From Schmidtea nova (Eukaryota): a stretch of DNA of 64,000 bases. Below the pieces are notes generated by a model. The model was not told the origin of the DNA. It saw only the letters and a list, made by a program, of their open reading frames with translations, and made no database searches. The position numbers and the translations under genes are program-made. The stretch covers positions 445,036,001 to 445,100,000 of the forward strand of contig CM097882.1 of NCBI GenBank assembly GCA_044892505.1, read 5' to 3'. Shown one piece after another: positions 50,328-63,200 of this stretch. Positions within the stretch are counted from its first letter, which is position 1. Each line of letters opens with the position of its first letter.

Positions 50328-51073
50328 ATATACATTTTTTTGAATTCAAATTTTTATATTTTAAGATTTTATATATTAATCGTAAATTTTTTCTATGAAA
50401 TTTCGAATTTGGAATTTTATAAAATGATAAAAATTTTTATATAATAACAATATTTTCGATTTGTAATTTTCATGGGTTTCAATATAATTTTTGATTTACA
50501 AACTCTTAGGAAAATTTTTGGTTTACAATTTTTTCATTATAAATTTTTCGCAATATAATAAAAAGTAAATTTTTATTTTTTATGATCAAAAACGAAATCT
50601 AAATAATAATAAATTTTTATCCACGAATTTCGCAATCCAAATAAGAATTCAATCTAAAAATTCTATATACTAAATAAAAATACAAGTAAAATAAATTGTA
50701 AATTTTTTCAAAGAATGGTTTTCGACATCAGGTAAGGTGAATTTCGGTTTCGTTCGAGCATGAATTTCCCAACCAAAGTACGCGCGAATTTTTCGAGACA
50801 CTTCACTTAGGAACTTCAGGCTCCCGAAAACAAGGTTCACTGGAGAAAATTATTTAGATAATGAATGAGGTTTAATTCAGATCAATCAATACTTGTCTTC
50901 ATAATTCGTTTCATTTCGTGATCATTATATCAGCTTTGAGCATTATATCAAACGATTCTCTTTTCAATGTTAACTTTTTATTCTACTTGTGTTTTCGGAT
51001 AAGATGGTAATTGTTGTGAGAGTGAAGGCGAATGACGGGTAACATATTCTTGTACAGTTAAATTATATAATGG

Positions 51074-51948
51074 TGCTGGGGTTGTTATAATCACAGAAAA
51101 TAAATTTAAAATTGCACAAATCAATAAAAATACAAAAAATTGGAAAAATAATAATTAATGTTCAAACATTAATTAAAAATTTACAAAAAATTAAAATAAA
51201 GTTTGAGCGGGGGAAACTGGTATGGGAGGATGCCAAACGACGAGACGAATTCGAATATGGGCATATAAAAATAAAAAGAAGCGCACAGAAGGAAATAATT
51301 AGAAAATACAAATTAATTAAAATAATTAAGTATTCTATAGGAAGCCCGAGCTAGTGGGAAACCCGAGCTAATGGGAGACCCGAGCTAATGGGAAACCCGA
51401 GCTAGTAGGAGATCCGAGCGATGTGGGAAACCCGGGGCATCAGCGAGGTCATTAAACTATCAAATTAAATTGAATGCCCCGGGGAGAGCCGGAAAAACCA
51501 TTAACGGCAAAGATCCAGTTACGACCATGCAGGGCTGATCAGATCCAATTACAACAGAGTGGACTCGATAGTATCCAATTACACCGACAGAATGGCAACA
51601 CAAAGATGGTATAAAAACGGAGAGCAAAGTGCCAAAATTGCCAGTTGGTCGAAGATAAAATTTAGGCGTAAAGTGAATCTCAAACCGTTAGAAGATATTT
51701 GGAGGAGACGTTGAAAGGAAATCAAAAGTAGAATTTAAACTTAATCTTTTACGCACCAGAGAGGGAGATATCCCATTGGGTGTTCTACCCTCACGCGAAG
51801 AGTGCAGAGCCTGAGTAACTTTTTGTGATAAAAAGAGTTGTGATCATTTGAAAAATAAAGAAAGTTATTGTGTTGGGTTTTGTTTATTTTGTAATTGAAA
51901 GAGAACACAGGAGTCAGAAACTACCGACTCAACACTAATAACCCAACA
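51074..51948 (+). mobile_element. Solo LTR (875 bp) of a related subfamily, in the opposite orientation
   Basis: TG(C)TGGGG...AATAACCCAACA termini homologous to the main LTR, ATGG TSD (51070-51073, 51949-51952), 18-bp gggaaacccgagc repeats, and TATAAAA at ~51610. Confidence 0.88.
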
Positions 51949-53519
51949 ATGGAAAATACATTGCTGGATGAATTGACATTTACGTTTTTATGTAGTATTA
52001 GGTTTTAAGTGCTCATTATGTAAAAAAATTATAATTCCAATAAAATACACTATTATAAATTATAGATCATTAATATAACACCTTGCCCTTGGCCAAACCA
52101 CTGTTCCCCAGTTGGGATGAAGTGATCATGGATGTTTTGGCGTATCACTTGAACTCGGAAATATGGGCTGATCGATTACGAATCGAACCAGCGATCCGCT
52201 CAGGCTACTTCCACCCGCTCGGCACAAGGCCAGAAACAGGTTTCAGGGGGTATGGAAGAAAAAGGAATTATTACTTTTATCTTGGTACAATAATTATTAT
52301 TATAAAATAAAATTTTTATTCCACCTGGGAATTTATGACATGATTAAATTCAAATAATGAAAAACAAAGAAAAACAACTTTCATTTAATATTTTGTATAA
52401 TAGTTAAAATTGATGATGATAATATAACAATAATAATCAATAATATAAAATTAACAATAATAAAATAATACTGGGTGCAGGGTAATTGAAGGGGAATGAT
52501 GTTCAATGACCCCGCACCGAACAAAAGAATGATACTTACAAATTTTTCCGGAAAATTCGAGTTCTTCAAAATTAAAATTTAAAAAATTTCTTTCATAAAA
52601 TTCTCACAAATTCTGATTATTGCCATTTTGATGGCGGTATATATATACCATCGATTGTGTGTTACCTTCACTAGTGCAGTAAAACAAATTGTTCTAGAAT
52701 GTTCTTTTTAATTTCTCAAAATTAATTCTAATAATTTTCCGCAAAATTAAATCCATATTTTTACGTAATAATTTTTATAAACTATAATTGATTTATTTTA
52801 ATCCAAAAATCTTTATTTTGAATCAAAATTCATTCAATTTGATTTAATTTGATATATTTCGATCAAAATTAGTTCTTTTTATCTTTAATGTGAAATTTTA
52901 TGATAAAATCACAATTTTCTTCTAAGATTTTTTTAATTTTTTCTGCACTGAAGTTTTATGACACAATTCTGTTCTAGATGGGCATTTTCAATGGGTTTTC
53001 CGCCTATTCTAACTTTCAAACGTTCTTCTTTTGACCACTTTTAATTTTTCTCGTGGTTTCAGTGTAAGGACTTGCAGATTCACAACTAGCGCGTTCTCTA
53101 CTGGTTGATGTGCTTGAGTCCACTTCACCTTTTTGACGTTTTTCACTCAATCGCTTCGGTTTCTAATGGATGTTTGGGTTAAAATTGAATCTTGCGCGCT
53201 CTCTACTTATGGGGTTACTGCTTTATTAAAACAATTTGCAGTTTTTGCCCAACACTTGTTTATTGCCTTTTATTGAATTAATAACCTTTTACACGTATAT
53301 TATCTGAGATGTATAAGGTTCAAAGTGAAGATTTATTGATGTCCCGAATAGTGATAGTCGACATTGATAAAAAATCCAAAACAAATTTAAAAAATCCGAA
53401 CCAAACTCAGCAATAATTTTTTTTCAAAAAATTCAAAAGTTTTTAAATCAAAACTAGCCCAGTCAAACACAAGAATTTTAAAGATAATATTTAAATGTAC
53501 ATTTTCTATGTTATCAAAC

Positions 53520-53720
53520 TATAGGATGATGGCATTTTGTGATGATATTTCATGTTTGTAAAGATACTTTGTGATGATATTTCATATATATGATAATATT
53601 TTGTGATGATATTCATTGTGTGTATGATGTATTTTGTGTGTAATTTGCACATTAATATGACAATATTTATTGCATGTGATTGTATTTCTATGTATTTTTG
53701 ATATTTTGTGTGTATTCTAT
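53520..53720. repeat. Degenerate ttttgtgatgatatttcat minisatellite
   Basis: Repeated units are directly visible. Confidence 0.7.
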
Positions 53721-53889
53721 CCTATAGTATATGTGTATAATGTGAAATATTCAATCATTCTCTTTATTTATTTATCATAGTCACAACACTTTGCTAGCAG
53801 AACATTTGGTAACAGAACCTATTCTGTGATGGTTTTTATCTGTAAAGCTTCATAATTGACCATATTTCATATAAAATTAATATCTTAAT

Positions 53890-56015
53890 TATTAGCCACA
53901 GCACTACGGGTATTAATTGAATCCATAAGACAAATTATAATAACACGTTTATTAATTAAAAATCCCAATCTTATTAAAACAAATTATAACGATAATTTGT
54001 TTGAGGAGTTTTTAAAAATAATAATTAATGTATAAGTAAGGATTTCAACATACAATCAAACACGCGCAGCATCATACCAATATATTTTAATTCAAATTAC
54101 AAAAACGCCTCACATTCCCCCTTTTTTAAAATTCTTTAACCACTCAATATTTCTCGTGACGACACTTCCATTTTCCAATTTTATTTCATAACTTCGATCA
54201 TAAATCTTTTTAGTAATTACACCTGAACCCATATATCTATTATCACCTTTATTTTGAACATTTACTTTGATCAACACGCAATCTCCAATTTGAAATTCAC
54301 GATTTATCGTCTGATTGATTTTTTCTTCTTCCAAAATTTCTGAGAACCATTCACTAAAGATCTTTTTCCCAAACACCATTTCAGCTGGAGTCTTTCTAAT
54401 AGTTTTTTGAAAAGTTGAATTCATCATAAACTGTACTTCGGGAAGAACATCTACCCATGATTTATGTCTTTTATCTTTGAGTGTTATCTGTATTGCATCT
54501 CTAATTGTACGGAATTGTCTCTCAATCTGTCCATTTGCTGAATGATGATATGGACTTGAATAATTAATTTCAATATTGTGGAATTCTGCAAAATCTTTCA
54601 TTAGCTTTGATTCAAATAATTTACCTATGTCACAGTTTATTATCCTTGGTGCTCCAAACTTCATTATCCACTCTTCTTTCAGTAATCTTACCACTGTATT
54701 TTCATCTTGCGATTTTGCTGCATGTAAAGAAATAAATTTACTATGATGATCTATATTCCCAAGAATATATCTTTCTCCTCTCATTGCAAGTTGTAATGGA
54801 CCACAAAAATCTACATAGATTTTTTCAAATTATTTCGAATCACTTTTGCAAATTATTTCTTCTTTTGTTTTAGTTGTATCAACCTTTCTTTTCTGGCAGT
54901 TTTCACAGGCTTGTACAACATTACGAATAGATTGCTCCAAATCTTTCATATGAAAATTATTTGATACATATATTTTTACTTTTTAAGCACCCGCGTGACA
55001 GAGCTTTTTATGATATTCTATGATGAATTTGAACTTGTTTTCTTCTGGAATCCAAATTTTATTATTATTGGTCATAATCGCTCCGTTGACATATTTAAAA
55101 AATGTTTTATCTGGCATCATACTAATATTTTCTTTTATATTTTCAATTTCTTTTGAGTTCTTTTGCCATTTATTTTCAATATTTTCAGTCATCAGTGTCA
55201 ACAATCTTGTTTTTAATTTACCCATTTTAGGATTTTCATGAATCATTTGACATTGAACACATGTCTCACATTCTTTTCTAGATAGAGCGTCGGCATTATT
55301 GTGGTTATCACTTTTTCTGTATTGAATCTCCATGTCCAGACCACTAAGATGGTTAATCCAAGTTTGAAATTGCGGAGTAATAGCTTTCTTTGTCTTCATC
55401 ATAAATGTAATGGCTTTGTGATCCGTTCTCAAAATAAACTTTTTACCATATAAATAATGCTTAAAATGAACAGTAAAATAAAATATAGATAATAATTCCT
55501 TTCTTGTTATACAATAGCCTAATTCGTGTTTATTCATAGCTCGGGATCCATATGCGATTACTCTTTCTTTATTTCCATCTTTTTGAGATAGAACAGCACC
55601 GATGCAGTCAAAACTTGCATCTGTATCCAAAATGAATGGTTTAGAAAAATCTGGAAACTTCAATAATGGTGTAGACGTTAATTTTAGTTTTAAATTTTGA
55701 AATGAAGTTTCACACTCATCAGTCCACATAAGCTTCTTTTGTTTACTTCCACATAACGCTTCTAATACTTTGGAATTTTTGGTGTAATTCTCTATAAATC
55801 TGCGATAGTAATTTGCCAGGCCTAAAAACCCTCTCAAGCTTTTACGCATTTAGGTCTTTCAAAATTTTTAATAGTTTCAATCTTGCTTTCATCCGTACGT
55901 ATTCCATTTTCACTAATGATATGACCCAAAAATTTTACTTCTTTCCTTTTGAATTGACATTTTGCTGGACTTATTTTAAGATTTGCTAATTTAATCATTT
56001 GAAAAACCTTTTCAA
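53890..56015 (-). mobile_element. 5'-truncated Ty3/gypsy element (RT end, RNase H, integrase, PPT, 3' LTR start), inactivated
   Basis: KCQFKRKEVKFLGHII, LRGFLGLANYYR, LDTDASFDCIGAVL, RTDHKA, VDFCGPL, ANGQIER. PPT aaaaaaggggggaa at 54115-54128 is followed by TGTGAGG at 54114. Frameshift at ~55850 and stops at 54983 and ~54830. The far LTR end is not resolved. Confidence 0.88.
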
Positions 56016-56197
56016 TGGTGCTATCATCGATGACTCATTTTAAATTTGAATTTTATGACGTCATCGATGACTCATTTCAAATTCAAATTTTAAATTTGAA
56101 TTTCCAAAGGTCAAATAAGGTCAAACATTCAAACAAGGATATCATTCGAAAGGTCTTGGAGAGGTCTATACAATGGTCATACCCTCAAGGGTTTATA

Positions 56198-56693
56198 AGT
56201 AGAGTAGGGGGAGCGCCCAAGAACAGGAACAGACCCCCCCTCCCCCCGGGGGGGGGGGGTAAAAAATTTTTTTTTGTTTAAATGAAGTGAATTTTTAAAA
56301 TTTTTTATTTTGTTTAAATTAAGTGAATTTTTAATTTTTATTTTGTTTAAATGAAGTGAATTTTTAAATTTAAATTTTTTGTTTAAATGAAGTCAATTTA
56401 ATTTATTATTTTNNNNNNNNNNNNNNNNNNNNNNNNNNNNNNNNNNNNNNNNNNNNNNNNNNNNNNNNNNNNNNNNNNNNNNNNNNNNNNNNNNNNNNNN
56501 NNNNNNNNNNNNNNNNNNNNNNNNNNNNNNNNNNNNNNNNNNNNNNNNNNNNNNNNNNNNNNNNNNNNNNNNNNNNNNNNNNNNNNNNNNNNNNNNNNNN
56601 NNNNNNNNNNNNNNNNNNNNNNNNNNNNNNNNNNNNNNNNNNNGTTTTGGGGGGGGGTCTCTTCCTGCTCTTGGGCGCTCCCCCTACTCTACT
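56198..56693. mobile_element. TIR-bounded MITE with internal ~38-bp tandem repeats (contains an N gap)
   Basis: agtagagtagggggagcgcccaagaacaggaacagaccccc versus gggggtctcttcctgctcttgggcgctccccctactctact. Superfamily and TSD not determined. Confidence 0.75.
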
Positions 56694-57519
56694 ATCAACA
56701 TTTTTAATTTTTCTTTTTTCTTTATTTATGCCTCAAATTGAAATTATTCGTTTTTCTCGCTGTAACAATGTATAGACAGAATTTTATTCTCTACAAGATG
56801 GCCAAAATGAAAATTTAAAATATTGTGTTTTGCGCGCTGCACACATGTTTTGTTGTTATTAATTGGTTTCAATTGAAAAAATTAATTTAAATTCATTTGA
56901 TGGAAAATTCGACATATTTTCGGGACGAAAACTGGCCAGGCGAATTTAACCTTTTGTCTCGCTTGGCAGAGATGGATAAATCGTTTTTGGAAATTAGCGG
57001 TAAGTTGAATTTTATTGTTAATTATTTAAATATCTCAAATGAAAATTTAAATAGTAATTTTGTACAAAGTAATTCGGGATATTTTGATAAAAGTAAAAAT
57101 AAATTTGCTAATGTAGATTCTGATAATAATGTTTTCATTTGATAACTATGAAGGTGATAACTATGTTGATGATTTTAAAATTCCTTATCCTAAAGTGTAT
57201 AATCTTTGCAATAAGCATAATAAAAATGAAACTTTTAATAAAACCTTCACAGAGACTAATCTATATCGAAATCTCAAAAACTCTGAATATAAGAATACTA
57301 CGATTAAGAAATTAAATGAACACAATGTAGAGAAAAATTTATTAGAAAATCAAAGTTTTGGAGGTCGATCTGATTCAGCTTTAGATCGAATTGTTTCTGT
57401 TTATGGTTCTTTGGAGTCCCCGGGCAGGGACATTCATGATCTGAAAATAACAATTTTTAATAAAAATCAAAAAAAATAAATCTAATTTACTTGATATTGA
57501 AAATTCTAATTTACTTGAA

Positions 57520-59532
57520 ATGAAATCAAGTAAATTAAACAATCAGAATTTTTATAATAATTCTAATGTTTCACATCAATCTGGTGAAACTGGAAATAAC
57601 TTTGAAAAAGTAAAATTATTTGATAAAGAAAATTCTAATTTGAATATAAACTTTAAAAATCAAAATAAATCAAATTCAAAATCTCGTTCTGGTTCCACTT
57701 ATAGAAATAGTTACTATAATAAAGATAGTTATTCTAAATTTAATGATAACAAACTTGAAATGAAATTTCCTAGATTATTAACCAAAAGGGAAAAAAATTC
57801 ATTAACACAATTATTCCCAAAATATCTTTCTCTTTTAAAGTTAAAGGAATCAGTCAGAAAATCTGATTTAATTAATAATGATTTGTTAAATATAAAAAAA
57901 GTGGATAATCCATTGGAGATTGCAGGTTTTGAGAGTTTCTTTTATAGAAACTATAACATATGTGTGTTTTTAAATTTTGAACCTCTTAAAGTAAAGGCAG
58001 TTAATAATAAAGCACAAATACCCACCGTGAAAACATTTTTGATTGGATCGAACATCTTGATGGTTAATAAAAAGCAGACTAAATTCATTCCTGCCCCATC
58101 AATTATTAAACGATTCTTATGTTCCTTTTCGTCAAAACTTGCAAGGACAGTCTCTATTAAAAATCCAAAGGCCAAGGAAATACAAATAAATAATATTCTT
58201 TTTGAAATGAGACAACGAAAAGAACTCCCTGATTACCTTATAAACTCAGAAATAAAATATGTTGCGGGTAACTTCATGATGTTGGATCTTCTTAGCGGTT
58301 CTGAATCGGAAGATACCAGTCCATACCAAGCTGCTACTGAACTGTCCCGGTCACAATTAGTTAACCTATTTAAGTCACACCCTGAACTTGAGGAGCTATG
58401 TTTTATTGAGAACACATATGCTAATCCCCAAAATATAAATAAATTAATTATGAAATTAAAACTAGAAAATAAATTTCCAGAGCAGATCTCATTTGTAGAG
58501 GGTAAATTTATTATTAGAAATTCAACAGCAAATGGAGTCAAAGTGCACGCAGTTGGTACATCTGATATAATGTTCAACTTAGGTTTGCTGAACTTTGTTG
58601 AGATGTCAAAAGATGACAGTGTGTTTAGTTCTCTTCTTGATGAACAGCCCTCATCTCAAAAGCTGGTTGATATCATTTTTTATTTAAATTATTTAAAATT
58701 AAAAGATTCCCTAAAATATAACTCAGAACCCAGCTTTGATGTATACGTACTGAACTATCTCAGAAATTGCTTCTTAATGCATTCGATCACGACTATTGAA
58801 GAGTCTTATAATTTTGACGTTGACACTATTTACATCTGGGGTTCAGAGATGGTCAGTAAGCTTAACAGTTCTTCATACTATTTCACTAGTTGTCAAGAAA
58901 GACTTTTGAAACTAAAACAAGTGAATCTCTCTGAGGAGATTGATAAAATTCATGACATCATCTCCCCCAAAACCATTTTAGAAATAAACAATTTCCTGGC
59001 AGTTGTCGATAATTCTCTACCTAAAAAGACAGACCAGATGAAGGCCTTAGTAAACATAAGCAATAAAATCAATGAATTTCAATCCGAGTTGAGTAATAGT
59101 GATGTTGTTAAAGCAAAACGACTCTTGTTCTTTGTAATTAGAGACAAGAAAAACTTTCTTAAAGCCAACAGAGTTAACTTCCGACTTCCTCGACATTGTA
59201 GAAAGATTTGTACTTCGAGTATGAGTGTCTACATTACAAAGCTTCTTGAGGTTCTGCTTCCGTTCACAACAACAAGTAATTTTCAACCTGATACCCTAAA
59301 TCTAGAGACTATCAACGAATCCATCGATAACATAGAAGACGAAAATCCTTCTCCTATAGTTGATGAAGATGACATAGATAATTTAAGAAAGAATCAAGTA
59401 AAGAAGCGTAAACTAGCATGTGATATCGATGAAATTCAGTCATCTGCAATAGAGAGCAAAAGTAATGAGGAACCTGAGCTTCCTTTGAAATCTTTTAAAT
59501 ATGGTAAGGGAACGGGAACAGGAAATAAATGA
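57520..59532 (+). CDS. N-terminal part of the non-LTR polyprotein, unknown domain(s)
   Basis: 670-aa ORF in the same frame as 59539, separated by one TGA (GNK*RCVP). Confidence 0.65.
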   Translation: MKSSKLNNQNFYNNSNVSHQSGETGNNFEKVKLFDKENSNLNINFKNQNKSNSKSRSGSTYRNSYYNKDSYSKFNDNKLEMKFPRLLTKREKNSLTQLFPKYLSLLKLKESVRKSDLINNDLLNIKKVDNPLEIAGFESFFYRNYNICVFLNFEPLKVKAVNNKAQIPTVKTFLIGSNILMVNKKQTKFIPAPSIIKRFLCSFSSKLARTVSIKNPKAKEIQINNILFEMRQRKELPDYLINSEIKYVAGNFMMLDLLSGSESEDTSPYQAATELSRSQLVNLFKSHPELEELCFIENTYANPQNINKLIMKLKLENKFPEQISFVEGKFIIRNSTANGVKVHAVGTSDIMFNLGLLNFVEMSKDDSVFSSLLDEQPSSQKLVDIIFYLNYLKLKDSLKYNSEPSFDVYVLNYLRNCFLMHSITTIEESYNFDVDTIYIWGSEMVSKLNSSSYYFTSCQERLLKLKQVNLSEEIDKIHDIISPKTILEINNFLAVVDNSLPKKTDQMKALVNISNKINEFQSELSNSDVVKAKRLLFFVIRDKKNFLKANRVNFRLPRHCRKICTSSMSVYITKLLEVLLPFTTTSNFQPDTLNLETINESIDNIEDENPSPIVDEDDIDNLRKNQVKKRKLACDIDEIQSSAIESKSNEEPELPLKSFKYGKGTGTGNK

Positions 59533-59538
59533 AGGTGC

Positions 59539-60285
59539 GTGCCTGCATCCGTCTCAACATCTGCTCTAATCTCTAAAGAGACTGATGCAGACAGCACAAA
59601 TGATGACAATTCTAAACTTTCAACAACACTGCGTGACCCTAAAATATGGTTTACTGATGATGATATAGATAATTACCTTGAACGTCACATCAGTAACCCA
59701 ACATTTGCACCGATAAAATGCTTTCAAATTGAAATCCTACTTGCAAATCTGTCTGAAGACATTTTCCCAATTCCGGAAAGAGTTTTCTCATCACAAATAA
59801 TATTATGCCCCTTAAACATTAACCAGGCTCACTGGATCTTGTTTGTCTACTGTAAGGCATCACTAACGTCTTACTTTATAGATCCAATTTTTGAAAATCG
59901 TCATTCAATGGGCAATAAAGCAACAGCACTTAAAACCAACATCGCTTTTAATCGATTATTTAACTTGAAAGCTGCGGTATTTTTCCATCCACATAAGAAC
60001 TTTATCTATCAGGACAATGACTATGACTGTGGTCCTTACATCTGTGCATATGCTATGATGATAAGTGGAGAATGGCAGAGATTTCCTGATAACTTTATTG
60101 AAACTATCCGCATAAATGCCCACCAATTTAAACTTACCTTGCAAAACATAGGCCCAAAAACATCGGGGGGTGGTGCACTGAAAATAAAAAGCTACAAACA
60201 ATATAAAAATGCAAGAAAGCAAATTACAATTACCGATAAAGAGCAGATATTTTTTCTCAAGAGAAATTCTGTGTGTCTTCCTTAA
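59539..60285 (+). CDS. Ulp1/SENP-like (C48) cysteine protease domain
   Basis: WFTDDDIDNYL, ILCPLNINQAHWILFVY, YFIDP, QDNDYDCGPYIC: His/Asp/Gln/Cys catalytic pattern. Confidence 0.85.
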   Translation: MPASVSTSALISKETDADSTNDDNSKLSTTLRDPKIWFTDDDIDNYLERHISNPTFAPIKCFQIEILLANLSEDIFPIPERVFSSQIILCPLNINQAHWILFVYCKASLTSYFIDPIFENRHSMGNKATALKTNIAFNRLFNLKAAVFFHPHKNFIYQDNDYDCGPYICAYAMMISGEWQRFPDNFIETIRINAHQFKLTLQNIGPKTSGGGALKIKSYKQYKNARKQITITDKEQIFFLKRNSVCLP

Positions 60286-63200
60286 TTGCTGAATGGTTTA
60301 AAGACTGTAAAAATATCACGGTCCTGTCACCTGAACTGACACTAAATGTCATATCACAGAACGATACATTTATTCGGGAAACTGTCTCGTTCAAACAATT
60401 TCTTGGGATTGACCATGTCATCAGCGTTATCCCAAATGAAACAAACTGGTGTTTATATCTTTATTCTACATCACATGGAACCAGCCATATTTTTAATAAC
60501 CAGGAAAAGCTCATTTCTGAACGACTATTTGGTATCGGCGAAAACATGACTGACTACTTGAATAAGTTTTTTCTTTCATCCAAAGCTGTATTCAACTCTC
60601 ATCACAACATAGAGCTCTTCCCTATGGTCTGCGATGATCCACATCTCTTTGCCTCTATCTTCATTGAATTACTAGAGAAATTAATATTTGACAAACAGTC
60701 TTCATTTGCAAGCATCCGCGAGTCTCTTAATTTATATAAAATCAAACAGACAAATGAGATCTCTCGGAATATAAACGTATTAAACTCTAAAATTAATGAT
60801 GAAGTCATAACAAAATATTTTAATAATTTAAATTTATCAAGTGATTTTCTATTATTAAATGCGACAATGTGCACAGCGATTCTGGATGATTGCATGCATC
60901 ATTTAAATGAATATTTAAACTATGAGCATTTAATTAAGGCGCAAGTTATCTTTGCAATTGTTGCACCCCATAAATATCGGGAAATTTTATTCATCCTCGA
61001 TTACCATTCAGATCAATACTACATCATCAACCCAACGACTCTGTTGGGAAATGAAAAATATGTCAAGATTTGTAAGAGTCTTAGAAACAAAATTAATGAA
61101 ATGAAAGAAACACCTGGGCGTGTCTTAAATCTTTGTGAATGTCCTCATGAAATTCGCGGTTCGGGACTTTTAAGTAAGATACTATTGTGCGCTTTCATAC
61201 ATAACTTCGCCAAAGATCTGCCCCTTGTAAATCTAAATTTGCGTGAGATAGGTAACACAGTCAGCGCTCTGCTTCCCATTGTCAAAGAAAGAAATGAAAT
61301 TGGAAGCTGGAGTAAAATTAAATTAAGTAAAAACAACGTAGAAAGCTTGAGTATCAAACAACGAAAGCTTAAAGCTGGTCAACTCTTAATTAAATGGGCG
61401 AATTTCAACATAAATCAAATCATTGATGCCATCAATGAACAATTCCCTGATCGGCTAAAATCAACAAATAAACCATACTTGGGAACCAGAACGAGACCTT
61501 CTAAAATAAATAAATATAAACTTATCGATAAATTCCTTACTGACATGAAATCAACAGTCAGCAAAGTCATCAACAATTTTGACACATCTGCTAGACCAGA
61601 ATATCAAAACATTATCAAAAACTTTACTCATAAATCTCCTTTGCAAAGACACTGGCAAAATCTTTTTACTTTTTGTAAACAATCACAAAAAGCACTTTTT
61701 CTAGAATCTCTATTAAGTGATGAAGTAATGTATGAACTCAGGAGAGCTGACAACACTAGTCCTGGTATTGATGGCATACAATATCGAGACTTGTTGCGTC
61801 TGGATCCAGAGGGTAATATACTTACTTTCTTGTTTAATAAGATTATTTTAGAAAAATCCATACCTGACAGTTGGAAGACTTACAAAACTCTTCTAACTCC
61901 TAAACCTGACAAAGAAAATAAATATGAGGATGTTTCGTCTTGGCGACCAATCGCCTTGCTTTCCGTCATTTATAAGGTTTTTGCTTCTTGTCTAGCTAGA
62001 CGCCTCACACACTGGATAGACTTGAATAATCTTTTACATGTCGGTCAAAAAGGTGGTTCTCAACATGATGGATGTGCTGAGCACAATTCGATTCTGTCTG
62101 CCGCGCTTGAACACTCTAAATATAGCAGAAATTGTCCTCTTTCAATTGCTTGGCTGGACATAAAAGATGCTTTTGGTAGTGTTCCACATGATTACATGTG
62201 GTCCCTACTTCGATATATTGGAGTAGGTGAGGAATTTACATCAATTCTGCAGATGCTTTACTCCAACACGAGCACCTTTTATAGTTGTGGTCCTATTTTG
62301 ACGCCAAACATTCCAATTAGACAGGGTGTTAAACAAGGATGTCCATTATCAATGATTCTGTTTTCTTTGGCGATTAACCCTGTTCTTGAAGCTGTATCCA
62401 GATCAGACTGTCAACCTTTTATGATTGGAGAATCGCCTGTTAAGATTCTTGCATACGCAGATGATATTGCTCTTGTTGCAAAATCTGTTGAAGACCTGCA
62501 GAAAATAACTGAAATAGCTGTTGCAACTGCTGCTGAAATCGGGTTCTTATATCGTCCTGAAAAATGTGGATATCTCCAACTACCAAAAGTCCACATTGAC
62601 AGCGAAATCTCTATCAATGGCGTCAAAATTAAGAAGTTGCTGTCTAATGAATTCTATCAGTACCTCGGTGTGCCTGTAGGTGAGGAAACTGATCAGAGTC
62701 CATATGACATTCTTAAAAAAGTAGTCGCTGACACTAAAAAACTTGCTGACTCTGACTTACTTGGCTGGCAAAAGCTAAAGGCTTATAAGATATTTATTCA
62801 TTCTCGGTTAATCTTTCCCTTTAGAACTCGAGAGATAAAAACCAGTGCTCTTTCTATATCTCGAGGCAACAGTAACCTTTCTGTCAACATTACCAGTCAA
62901 TTAAGATATCATCTTCGGAAAATACTACTTTTGCCTCATTATTCTGAAATAAGCTACTTTTACACTTCAACTGAAAACGGAGGAGCAAACTGTGTTGATT
63001 TGTTAGACGAATATCATACACAGACAATCACACACTTTTTCCGATTATTAACTGCCAAATGTGACTTTGCGAGAAAGATTAACATCGATTCTTTATCCTT
63101 TGTCACCGGTCCACGACTTGGGATATTGGAGCCCACACTTCAAGAAAGTCTTGACTGGCTCAATGGCACAGAGTGTAAATCCCGCCATTCCGGGAGAAAA

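Noticed and set aside
51340-51435. CRISPR-like reading of the short LTR repeats and the ATCGGC palindrome array
   Set aside because: Eukaryotic context, no unique constant-length spacers and no cas genes.
53000-53340. KWSKEE Myb-like fragment on -
   Set aside because: A single short motif in a stop-ridden region.
56700-56896. U2 snRNA, spliced-leader or 28S rRNA target sequence at the 5' end of the RLE element
   Set aside because: No recognisable target RNA sequence seen; the 3' junction lies outside the window.
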